This document shows, in pieces, positions 51,971 through 64,000 of a stretch of DNA of 64,000 bases (position 1 is its first letter; every line of letters begins with the position of its first letter). The stretch spans positions 90,458,001 through 90,522,000 of the forward strand of contig NW_026262712.1 in assembly GCF_021869535.1 (NCBI RefSeq), in the 5' to 3' direction. Source of the DNA: Mytilus californianus. Lineage: Eukaryota. The notes under the pieces were generated by a model, which had not been told where the DNA came from, did no database searches, and saw nothing but the letters and a program-made list of their open reading frames with translations. The position numbers and the translations under genes are program-made.

Positions 51971-54900
51971 CACTGTCGGACTAATGAGTATAACATGTGT
52001 AACTCAGGAGATTATCTATGACACAGATGATTTTGTTTTAATGTGATTTAACGTGAATATCATGACTTGTGAACACTTGAAAAATGTCATACAATTTTTA
52101 AATTGATATACACATCTTATATCAAATTTCTTAAGCTTAATGAATTACTAGTCGTGAATTTACGTATGCTTTAATTGAATTTTATACATTTGAGAATATT
52201 TACATATGAATATCCACGGTAATAACATTCCTATTAGTAATACATGAAATTCATGTCAGCAAATTTATCTGTGTACCAGTGTCATAATATTTGCTAATTT
52301 ATTTTTCAAACTGCGCTTTGAAATCATAATGTGATAATCGTTTTATTCTTATTTTTGTTATGTTATTTTACTATAACACATATAGCCTAAGCAAAAACAT
52401 ATTGCAGTGCAACCCCATATTGAATCATATTGTGCTATCTTACGATTGTATATAATATGGGACATGTATAGTCAGTTTGCTTGCATACTCATTCCTTGTT
52501 TGAGAGAAATAGTATTAAAAATACTTATTACATACAACAGTTGAAAAGATATAATGCAAAAAATTGAAGTTTTTTTTAATGTTTAGTGTAAGTTTTCAAC
52601 ATTTCATAGGCCCTAATTGAGCTCGGCTGGTTCTCCTATATCCCCGTCCGTTCCTTATAGGCCATATTAAAATGTATATTATCTAAAACGTTTAGACAAA
52701 AGACAGAAGCAAACAAAATGTGCAATGTATTCGAATGTCTTTTTTTTTGTTTTTTGTTGCTTGTTATCATTACATGTATAACATTATTGAATTGTGCATT
52801 AAATGTTTATAATATTTTGACTTGAGAATACATGTTAACCTCTTACTAAATCTAAAAGCTTTGCCCTTAGCCACAAATGAAAGCCTGATATCAAAAAGGT
52901 AAAATCAAAAGACGCAGAGTACCGATCTAAGAGATCTCGCAATTACTGAAAGCTCGTTTAAAGCCAGTTCCAACTTATAAATAAATCATGTTCTCCCAGA
53001 CTAACGTATCAGTATCAACCAGTTCACATACAACGGATTTAGTGTAAATGCTTCATAAACGAACTGAGAAAAGCTTGACCTTTTGCCATGCCAAATAAAA
53101 GTAAATATCATCAACAGGATGTTGGACCATACGTTTTCAAAGATGTAAAGCAATACGTATTTGATTTTGTTTAAATTATTAAGGTGCACAGCTCCATGTA
53201 TGGTATGACAAACATGCTATGTGTAAAATAGTAGCTCGACCCGAAACTAAGTGCGCAGTTTTGGTGGTTTACTAGATGTAATTTTTGTTTTTACTTTTCT
53301 CTAATGTTATATGAGATTGGCTTTCCAAACTTACGGTTTCGATTGTTTTTACAGACGATTGAGGTAAAATAAAAAACTCAAATAAGGCAACAGAAGCTAC
53401 TATTCGGCTTTACCGGAAATTAAAGAGATTATACCGAGATACATAAAATTCATGCTTGACCTCTGTTTCATAGCAGCACTGAAATAATGAATGATGTTTT
53501 TTTTTAAATTATTTCATTGCAGGGTTTGTAACGCGTACTGTGTGGATGAATAGAATGTATCCACTTACTTCTGGTGTATTCTCTCCTATTTGATATATAT
53601 CTAGGTTGCTTGCTTTTGCGCATAAATCAGGTCGTTGGTTTTCTATTTTGAATTGTTTTTCATTTTCTCATACAGTGGCCTTTTGTATCTAACATCACAG
53701 TACTCAGATTGCACCGAGTACCCAAATTGCACCCATTTAGCAAAAGTAGCTGCGGAAATTAAATATACACAATAAGTTCACAGTATATATCAACAGATGA
53801 AGTATTCAATGGAAAAAGTAAAATCTACGGAAACGTCGCCATGCGACGTCCACAAAAAGTCAACTTTTAAAAAAAAATAGCAATTTAAATATGTTACAGT
53901 CATTCATTTCTTAAAAAAATAAATAGTGAGCATGGACTTATGTTTAATTGCTATAATATTTGGAGAAATAAAACAAAACATCAGTTATTCGATTTTTAAG
54001 GATGTGAACTTAAGCATAGATGCAATTTGGGTACTCCTCATTACAGAATCATGGATTGTTTGGAGGTAGGTTCAAACCATTTTTATATGATTCAATATGG
54101 ATTCAAAACTAAATTGGTGGAACTATATAGTAAACAAGGATACAGCTACAAAATAAAAACACAGCGTGGAAACTTTTGTTTGGATCATAAATAAACATAG
54201 GTGAAAAAACTGACAAAATAGGTGCAATTTGGGTACCGTCACGATAACCATTACAGTATTGGTTTTGCTCGTTGTTGGTGTATTAATATCCTCGTTCTTT
54301 GGTTTCTGGTGGATAGTTGACAATAATTCCACATCTCCTTATTTTCATATTAAGTTGTTGAGGGGTAAGAGAGGTGGAGGATATCAAAGGAATATTCAAA
54401 CTCGAAGACAAACTGACAACGCCATGGCAAAAGCGAAAAACGACAAAAAGACAAACAGTATACAAAACACAACATAGCAAAATAAATGCTGAGCAACACG
54501 AACCCAACAAAAACCATGGGATCTCAAGAGGCTCCAGAAGGATTAGCAGATCTTGCTCTATATGCATTTAATTATTATAAGGCATAAATATGAATCAACA
54601 AATATAAAATGTGTTAAATAAGAATTTGATTTGTTCCTTACATTGTTAAAATTTAAATTGGTTTGGTAAAAAGTCAACATTTGTGAATTCATTTGAACCG
54701 AGATGGTGCATATTCCTCAACATCATGTACGACAATCACAATATAGGAAAGTCCAACTTAGCAATATTGAAATGTTTACAAATTTGTATTATTCACTTAG
54801 AAGGATTCTACATTAAAATATTAAGCCATGAACTATAATATTGCCTGCACTGGTCCATAACGACATTCTAAAAATATACCTCTACACACCATACTTAGGG

Positions 54901-57211
54901 AATTGTTCAATAGTTTCTTTAAACAATGACAGATCTTATATTGCTACAGTTACAAAAACTAGCAGATTTATACTATGAACATATTTCTGGATTTATTTAA
55001 TCACTATCTTTTATTTTAAAATGCTAGTATTCAAATGAAACTAGCATTGCATCCTCAGCAGAAGCGAAATGTCATAGCTATACCTGTGAATAATGCATAC
55101 CCTTAACACTTTCAAAATAAGAATAAAAAAAAGACCGACCCAAGGAAAATCATATGACAAAATGCATAGGACCAAACAAAATGGAGACAACCGAATACAG
55201 TTAAGTTGAACTGTTGTACAATTAATCAAATGTTAGAGACAGCGATAAATGCTAACATTTGATGATTGATAACCAATTCAATATTCATTTATTTTTGTAT
55301 TCATGAAATTATTGCCATTTAAGGAAATTCTTGGTCACATTGTTTATATCTACTACTTTGCATCGGTCTTTATATAAGTCTGGGGAATAACTGAATTGTA
55401 GGTTTAATATATGCTCCTATAATGAATTTTCCATTTATGTTGACGATTTGACTTTCCCCGCAATGACCATGACAAACTGACCGTTAAACTAAAACTCTTT
55501 TGCACTTACTGATAAGAAAAAAGTTTGCATGACATCAGTTGATACCAGTTATCATGCATAAGTTATCACTGGGTGTACATAAACTTTTAACTACGTCTTG
55601 GCAGACATTTCTTACACAGACGTTACATTTGTGGCTAAATTTCAAACGTGGTTATATGTCATTTGTGGTGTGAGCCTTGTACATTGCTAGGTTATTCAGA
55701 TGAAACGTTGTCACAAATTTAGACGTTCATAATATATAATTATTTTTCCTTCCTTCCTTCCTTCCTTCAGACAGACAGACAGACAGACAACAACAAAAAA
55801 TAAAAAAATAATATGATACATAGAGAGTAAATGATAGAGATTTATTTGTACTTTAAACGTCGAGTGTTAGTATGTTATTTGTAACGGGTCGTTATCCATG
55901 ATATGGTCTTATACACATGCATTTGAACGACTGGCTGGTTTTCTACAATTCACGTACATTAATTCTTTGATTTTTAGATTCTTCGTTTAAAATTCTTTTA
56001 TCATTGTGTATGTAACGGATTTTGGTCCGTATCTTTTATGCAACTTGCAATAATTTATGTTCTTTAAAGATAATTTGATAGCAAAAAAATACCGTCTCGA
56101 CATACATAAAAATAACAAATAAACAACTTCATTCTTCAAGATTTATCATGTTTCTCATTATTCAAACTGTATATTATTATAGACAAATATTTAAATACCT
56201 TTAAAATTTGAAGATTTGGAAAATTGTCAAATATCGATCTCACACATGTGGGATAAATCATTTTTCTAAATTTGAAAATTTAAACCCCTGTTAAATTTGT
56301 TTTTATTAATGCTACCTGTTCATTCATATGTTTACGATATATTTATACATATTGTTTATAAACACAGGTCTTATAACATGTAATGATTTCGTTCAAGGTA
56401 AGTTTAAGTTTCTTCGTTTTAATTTATGCAATGATACGTATATATAGATATAAAGTTATGCCATGGTGAGTTGGTAATTTCTAGTAGAAAAATTCCATTT
56501 TCTAGTACTTAACTGCATTTACATCTAAACAAACGAAAATGCTGAAACAATCCAGCTTTCAGTTTTATTTCTTTCGAGTTACGTACGAAACATCCAACAA
56601 AAATTAAGTGAAAGCAGTAATCCATTCTTAGTCTATTGTAGACATTTGTTTGTATTATTCGTATTTTTTAATTTATTTTGTAAAATTGAAAAAAAAAATT
56701 ATACATTCAGGTAGTCCAAACTGTGCTTTCTGGATTTACCTTCATTAGGAATGCTCAAACCCGAAAATTGAAAGCCAGGGGTGAGTCAAAATCGAAACTC
56801 AATAATAGTATATTGATATAACAAACGATGACATTTAGAATGGAAATGCGGAATGTGTCAAAGAGACAACAACCCAACCAAAGAGCAGAAAACAAACGAG
56901 TATGGTTCCGCAAAATAGATTTCTGAACTAAATACTAAAAGAATGTTTGAAAATCCATTGAAGTATTTGCTTCCTGTTATCAGTGCACAGTGGCAGGTAG
57001 GATTCTGTAATTCAAAAACAGAAGTAAACCTTGCCTGCCAAATGACAAAATTTTGTACTTGCTAAACAATATCCAATGAATATATATATATAATTCATGA
57101 ATAATTTTTATTTTTACGATATTTTCTAGGTCTATCATAATAACAAGATCATGTTATTCACATTTTAAACTTGATTCAAGAAATAAAGATTGGAGAAAAA
57201 AAATAGAGGAA

Positions 57212-60200
57212 ATGGGTAATCAACCACCAAAAGAGAAAAACCCCAGTGGTACAGTTCGTGGGCTAGAGGTACAACTACTAATTCACAAAATTATCAAGCT
57301 GCTATTTACTTAACAAAATCAGATTATTTTTCTTTTGTTTTTATATATAAATAAGAAGATATAGTATGAGAGCCAATGAGACAACTATCCATCCAAGTCA
57401 CAATGTGTAAAAAGTAAACAATTATAGGTCAAAGTACGGCTTTTAACATGGAGCCTTGGCTCACACCGAACAACAAGCTATAAAGGACCCCAAAAAGACT
57501 TGTGTAAAACAATTCAAACAGGAAAACCAACGGTCTAATCTATATAAAAAACGAGAAACACTCATGAACCACACAAACAAACGACAACCACTGAACAACA
57601 GGCTCCTGACTTAGGACAGGTGCATAAAGATGCAGCGGGTTACATGTAACGTTTTTTTTTTTGAAATTGTAAAAGTTGATTTTAGTGTATAGTATTAGTT
57701 ACACAGTCTGCTAGTGACCTAATACGATATATATGGGGTCAGTAAATTCCATATGGAGTGAGATCGAAACGAATTTATTTTACCGACTATCTTAACATGT
57801 GGCATTTAGACTATTAAAGTGATCAAGTCTTCAATATAAAGAACATACTTCCATTGGTCTATACAAAAACAAATGCCAACAATAACAACTTGTGTTTTCT
57901 GCATTTATTTCAATCGTTCATCACAAATTTCTTCATCTGTTGTCCGCGGGTGAAACGTTTCAGATTTTTCCTCAACGCCGTGTTTTTTTTTATATAGGGA
58001 CGTAACACCATTACTAACCGTGTATTAAAATAAACGACGCCTACTAACCCCATATGAAATATACAGGTCTTCACGTGGTCGCTTTTAACTAATGATATTC
58101 CTAGAAATGTATAAGAGGTAAGATAATTCTGCATACTGGATCACTGGACTATTGAGAACATCATCATCTATTCCTGATCAAGTAAATATATCGATATTGC
58201 TTAAAATAATATTGTACAATGAAACCTAATCTTTACTATGTTGTGGTTTGTAGACTTTTGTTTATCTTTTGGTCGTTTTTTGTTTTGTCAGTTTGTCTTC
58301 GATTAATGAGTTTGAACATCCTTTTTGTATCTGCCACCTCTCTTTTGCATCATATATTTGTCGTTGATTAATTTAAACACTACTTATTGTCATAACATAG
58401 AATATTGTTTTGTATTGTTATAGGATCTTTTAAAGGATGCTATGAGGTTAGCCCATGTTGCAGTATCAGGTACGAGCATTACGCATGTTAAGTATATCGT
58501 AATTTTGAAATCTTTTAACAATTATATAAATTCAATAATACCGCTTTTTAAATTCTTAAATGTCTTTGTGATATTGCACAAATGGATGTAGGTGTATTTC
58601 GTTATTATACTAATACATGAAGCAATAAAAAAAAAACTTTTTATTTTACAAATACTTATTTGCAAGTCAGAATTATCTACAAAACATTTCTATTTTCTAT
58701 AGTATTTAAAAAAACAACAACAAAATGTCATTTCGGTAAGTTTCTTTAAGATCCCGTGTGTCGTACTTTGTGAACAAAAATAATTGTAGGTTGAGACTGG
58801 TATCCGGCCGTTATTTGCCAAGTCTCATAATAGCTGTATATTCCGAAGGAATACTAAATATCTTACGGAGGGAACCAACTTAATGTAGGTTATACTTCAA
58901 TGATACAACAACCAGTGACATAAAACAAGAGTTTAGTGCATCTTCAGATGAATTCCATGGATTGTAAGCTGAGTAGTAGAAGTACCGCACAATTGCATTC
59001 ATAAAGATCTTTGGACCTTGGTGAAAATAGCAGCTAAGGGCACTGAGCTTTACTAATATACAATATCAGCTTGCAAAATTGTGTATTGTAGGATGTGACA
59101 TCCTAATGTTCGTATCTAATATATAGATATACACCAATAAAGTTTTCGGATACATTAAAATCCAATGTTATTGACATTTTGTTATTTCCTTTTCCAACAT
59201 AAGAATAGCAGTAAATTAACTATTAAGCTGGGATCATATTCTAATCTGTGTCGATTATGCAAGATGTGGCGAATAAGTCACATAACCACGTTTCAGTGCT
59301 TATCGGGGATTGCTTACTTGCGCGTTATGTGAAAAATAAATTAATTGATAGAATCTTAAATGAACAGTTGATTTACAATGAAAATTAAAACGTTTTGGCA
59401 AGAAAAGCTGTATTTGTACTATTGATAGCAGTTTGTGTGAATTTAGAATAATTTCAAAAAATTCGTGGTTATAAAAACCGCCATATGCAAAGGAATGATC
59501 CAATCCAACAATCGGTCATTTTTACCCCAAATAAATTCTAATAAGTTAATACATGACGTTGTATTTCACCTGCTCCTATACTGGCGAGCAGTGCACCAGC
59601 ATCCCAGGTAGGCTAATATAATATGAGATTTATTTGCTTTATATTGCATTTTGTTCTTTTCAAAATGTTCACTTTAGTTGTTATTTTAACAACAGATTTA
59701 TATTCCTATCGTGAGGGTATTAAACCAGCTATTGACCAAATAACTGGAAACACAGAAAAAGTTGTTCAAATGGAAGTGGACAAAAAGAAAATTTATGAAC
59801 ATGCCATGGCTCGTTACATTGGAAAGATTAGGACCATGCGCACTGGAATGAAACCTACGCATGAATGTCCTGTGATTACTTTTATTGGAGAAGATGCCAA
59901 TAAGTTTGATGTCGACGGAAGTGGATTTCGGAGACAATATTATTCAATGTTCTTTCAAGAGTGTCTGAAAAGACTTTTTGAAGGTTCCGGTAGAAACCAG
60001 CTTCCAAAACATGATATAACGAAAAAAGATGAATTTACTGCCTTAGGTATTGCGATAGTAGAGGCCATTTTGAATGGGGACTGTGGATTTCCATATCTTA
60101 ACAAAGCTGTATTTATGTTAATACTTGAAAAAAGTGATGATGAAATAGAACAAAGCCTGAACATTAGTGACATACCCCTAGGTGATGTATGGAATACAGT

Positions 60201-62776
60201 TAAAAAGGTAAGTACATTTCCCCACACTTAAAAATTAAGCTATAAATCCTATTAAGTCTAAAAAATCTTAAATGATTAACAAAAAGTATCAAATATCTGA
60301 CATCAGTACCAAATTTACCAATGGAAACATAGTATGATAACGCGATTGACTATCACTGACAAGGGTATTTACTGATCTGACTTTAAAAGGGCATACAAAC
60401 GTGTGGCGGGATTAAAGTAGCACTCAATCCTCCACCTTTTAATCTCGACCAGTATAACAACAGTTGGTTGATAGAAAAGCGTATACAAATGAGTTCATGG
60501 AATGCACTCATCATCAAAGAGTTTAGTACAGAATTAAAGAAAAAATGTTTGTCGTGTTTAAAATTATGGATAGGCGATCTAAAGGGGAAAGTCCTAAACT
60601 TGTTTGCCTGATATATCATACGATATGTACAACATAAAGCTTAGTCTATAATGCCATTTTTGTCAGATTTTGTGATTGGAATCATACTTCCACAATAAAT
60701 TCTTATATGCAATAGTGTGATAAAATTTAGAAGAATGATTCTGAAATTAATATTTATATCTTGTTGTAATTTCTAAAAGTAATACGCCCATCGCGTCTGA
60801 GACGTCACTGCAAACAAACACATATCGTACCAAATGATAAACACACACACCATCACTACTAAGGAAAGGCAAAATGTCGGCATACTCTTTTTTTTTTACA
60901 AAAAATGTGTTTATGAAGTTAAACATGAAGTTTCAGGCAAGCGTAAGCAAAATATATTTGTTAGGGGTATATATCTGAATTAATTTGTAGATTCAAGATG
61001 CCGAAAAAGAGTGCGATATGACTGATGCCGTTTCGGAAGACAGTGCAAACTTTTTGAATTTTATTGGTTGGCCGGGAGGGCAAGCAATGACGGTAAGTCT
61101 TTTTATTCTTTTATCATAGTTGTGGTGCCAGATATTAAAGTGCTTCTCAGTCAAAAATACATTGAAGTGTTGCTAGGGAAAAAAAATCAGTTTGCAAACA
61201 TTCGGTACAGTTACTGGGTAGAGAGTTATGTTATGTTATCATATATTTAGATAGACTGGAAGGATCCGTAGATGCCATCGGTAATATTTTTTATACATAT
61301 AAAAGCATTGAGATATGATTAAAGACAACCACTTCGTACAGACGAATTAACTAGTTTAGTTTTTTTTTTATTCAACTCTATCCTTGTTAAAAATCTCTAT
61401 TACTGGAACAAAAAGGTACATAGATAAAAATTAGGGAACAGAAAAAGGCACAATACTCTACGTCACCGATTGGACTAAATGACTTTCTTGCAAGTTGCTA
61501 GTATGTTTCAATATTGCCATGTACCTGCAGTCATGAAATAAATGTTTTAAAATGACAGTCAATCACCAGTTGTACCCTCGTGAGTCCTAAAAGTAAACAT
61601 AATATATGGACATTGATTTTAACAAGTCTAAATTGAAAACCTTGGACATTGGACATTGATTTTATATACACATGTATATGCTTTGAAGTTTAGTTCATTT
61701 ATTATTCAGGCTATTATTCCCTATTCACAAGTGATAAATAGACAACAAAAACACGGATACACTATTGTATTTGCATTTCTTACAACTCAGTATGCATATT
61801 AGTCTTATTTCTTGTTTTAGCTGAAAAACAAACATTCTTTGCTGCATTACATTACAAAATGGTTTGTCATAGATCAAAGACTTTCAGAGGTCGAACAGCT
61901 GAAAAAAGGTCTTAACTACATGGGGTTTCTGGACACTATTAGAACAAATACGTGGTTTGAACCTTTATTTGTGTATTCGGAACAATATAGTATCACTGCC
62001 AATTATGTGAAGCAGAAATTAGAACCACTGCTAGACAAACTGCCTACAAAAACCGATATACAAAGAAAAGCACAGAAACAAGCAAAAGTGTGCATTGGTG
62101 CCCTTGATGGTTAGTATGATTAGAATTATATGCTTTTCAGTATCAAATCATTTGATTGAATATACCATTCTTTTAAACATTTCTTAAACGGATTAGAGGC
62201 ATTATTTGAATATACCTCATACTACTGGAATATTTCGAAAACTCCATTGGTCTTTTTTCCCAGCGTTCATTTTTATTAACAATGAATGTAGAAAAACAAA
62301 CAAAAAGAATTTTGATCCACAGCAATTGGTACCTATTTCTTGTTTAATATTAGGTCTGTGATTCCTATACAAAAATAAGAAGATACCGTGCAACAATCAA
62401 TATTTTTTTATTTCAGTGGTTAAAAAAATTGTCATATGGAATACGATTCAAATTTTCACATGGTTCGTTTGAGCTGTCCGGTTGGCTCATTTAATAATCA
62501 AATTCATGAAAACAGTCCAAAAATGTTTTACGTGTTTCAATCTGTTGTTTGTTTATTTCAGAAACGCAAGCACGACTGTTGTTTGCATTCATTACAGGAC
62601 TTTATGATCCTCCTATCATAGAAGAAACCTTCTGTGTAGAATACAACATGAATCCGGATATGTGTTATCCGACAAGTTACACATGTTTAAATAAACTTTT
62701 CCTTCCATTGGGTAATAAAGACATTGACAAGTTCAAGGAATCTTTCTGGGCAGCATTATACGACGTTCAGAGATAA
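57212..62776 (+). CDS. HECT-only E3 ubiquitin ligase gene D (G2E3-like HECT, ~406 aa); join(57212..57268,58424..58469,59696..60207,60991..61092,61821..62109,62562..62776)
   Basis: All junctions are GT-AG with consistent phase. N-terminus MGNQPPKEKNPSGTVRGLE|DLLKDAMRLAHVAVS|DLYSYREG. HECT motifs: FDVDGSGFRRQYY, GDCGFPYL, LLFAFITG, YPTSYTCLNKLFLP; ends FWAALYDVQR*. Exon-for-exon paralog of gene B. Confidence 0.92.
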
Positions 62777-63742
62777 ACCCTCTCTGCCGATAAAACAATC
62801 ATTTGAATCAATTTAGTATGCAACTACTTTGTCAATTGGTCTGTTACAAAACATATGTAAGGAGTAAAATGTATTTTTATATAGTTGTAATAAGAAAATT
62901 GTTCAAACAAAAGAGGGACATCTGTTCAATATTCATATGGTTCTATCACACAGAATGTATGGTCTATGCGATGTTCTATAAGCTGTAAAGAAGGAATTAT
63001 GAATACTATTTAGTATATTGGATACTATGAAAATAGCTTTTTAAGGTAATTTATAATATGAGAGAAATTTTCCTTAGAAATATTCCTGGTTAATCATTTC
63101 AACGGACCCATTCATTTAACCAGCTCCGCTTTCATACAAATTCACACAATTTCTTTTTAGTAATAAGCGCAACGTACTCATTGAATATAGGGACGAAGAG
63201 CAATAAGGGGTTTCTGCAAATTGAAGATCTCCGCTTACAATATATAGCAATTGAAAGTTCTACAATCAAGAGGAGAACACTGAACAATCGGCGACTTTTT
63301 AATTGCACTGCTTCTGTTTTGTTTTTAGTATGCGTGTTGATATAGTGTTTTGACAAGAACAAATTCAATGTAAATACATTTATAGTTTGTTATTGTTTTA
63401 TTTGATATATATGCACAGAAATATAATTTGAAATTACTGCAGTCTTCAAATATACTGTTTATTATATGTACTCCGATTAGAAAAAAAACATTGTCATATT
63501 TCATATCAGTTTCAACAGTGTACTGACATGAGGGTTCATTCAGTAAAATTATGAAATAACAAATATGAGAATCAAAACAACAGCATCAAGCAAGGTTTTA
63601 ATTGCACACGCTGAGATGTGTTCTCCCTTATTAATATAAGGCAAAAGTGCCTTATTACATTTATATGTCGGAAATTATTTTTGGGAATGTTTGTATTCTA
63701 TATCAATTCAATATCCGACGAATCTTCCTTTTAACGTCGTGG

Positions 63743-63867
63743 TCAACATTTATTTTCAATCCTAAACTTTTTTTTCACATTTTCATCATGAGTATCATCA
63801 GAAGTGATCAAGGTTACAGTCTTGTAATTGACTGCTCCATACAAGTTACATGCAAAACAGCTGATCC
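63743..63867 (-). CDS. Possible terminal coding exon of a gene extending beyond the window
   Basis: After CAG (63868-63870), the phase-1 frame reads xISCFACNLYGAVNYKTVTLITSDDTHDENVKKKFRIENKC*. CxAxNxxG resembles an Ig F/G-strand motif. The acceptor has a weak pyrimidine tract. Confidence 0.35.
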
Positions 63868-64000
63868 CTGAATTCTTTTTAATAAAATGATACATAGAAT
63901 TTTTTTTTCATGTACATAGTTATGTCAAAATGTGATCTAATGGAGCATAAGTACCTCATAAAAATAATAAAAAGTTATGAATCCCTGAAGTCAAAACTAC

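Noticed and set aside
59570-59607. Strong donor CCAG|gtaggc upstream of gene D's large exon
   Set aside because: No AG acceptor nearby. Exon 58424-58469 is the clear homolog of B's exon 2 and has the right phase.

Overview
AT-rich, intron-containing animal genomic DNA. The interspersed repeat families look like those of a mytilid mussel (inference, not a database match). The short ORFs in the track are mostly exon pieces or repeat noise; I assembled spliced gene models by hand using splice-site phase. Contents: (1) a decayed DNA-transposase relic (~1-2.3 kb); (2) two exons encoding one PARP14/15-type macrodomain (minus strand, 4208-6554; rest of gene not found); (3) an 8-exon Hv-family voltage-gated proton channel gene (plus strand, 14408-23779) with a ~110-aa S1-S2 loop and only two S4 arginines; (4) the main finding, a cluster of four stand-alone (~385-410 aa) G2E3-type HECT E3 ligase genes, A(-) B(+) C(+) D(+). 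All four share 102-nt and 289-nt exons, and each begins with a small exon encoding an MG-type N-myristoylation-like motif. They form two subtypes, present as two A-type/B-type pairs. A and C keep the C-terminal Phe tail; B and D keep the catalytic Cys but stop before it. A and B are head-to-head on a promoter of at most ~330 bp. A carries a frameshift in its MG exon and a GT>AT donor lesion. The rest is a dense mosaic of non-autonomous repeats, including a 3.4-kb TIR-bounded composite. A possible terminal exon of another gene lies at the right edge.
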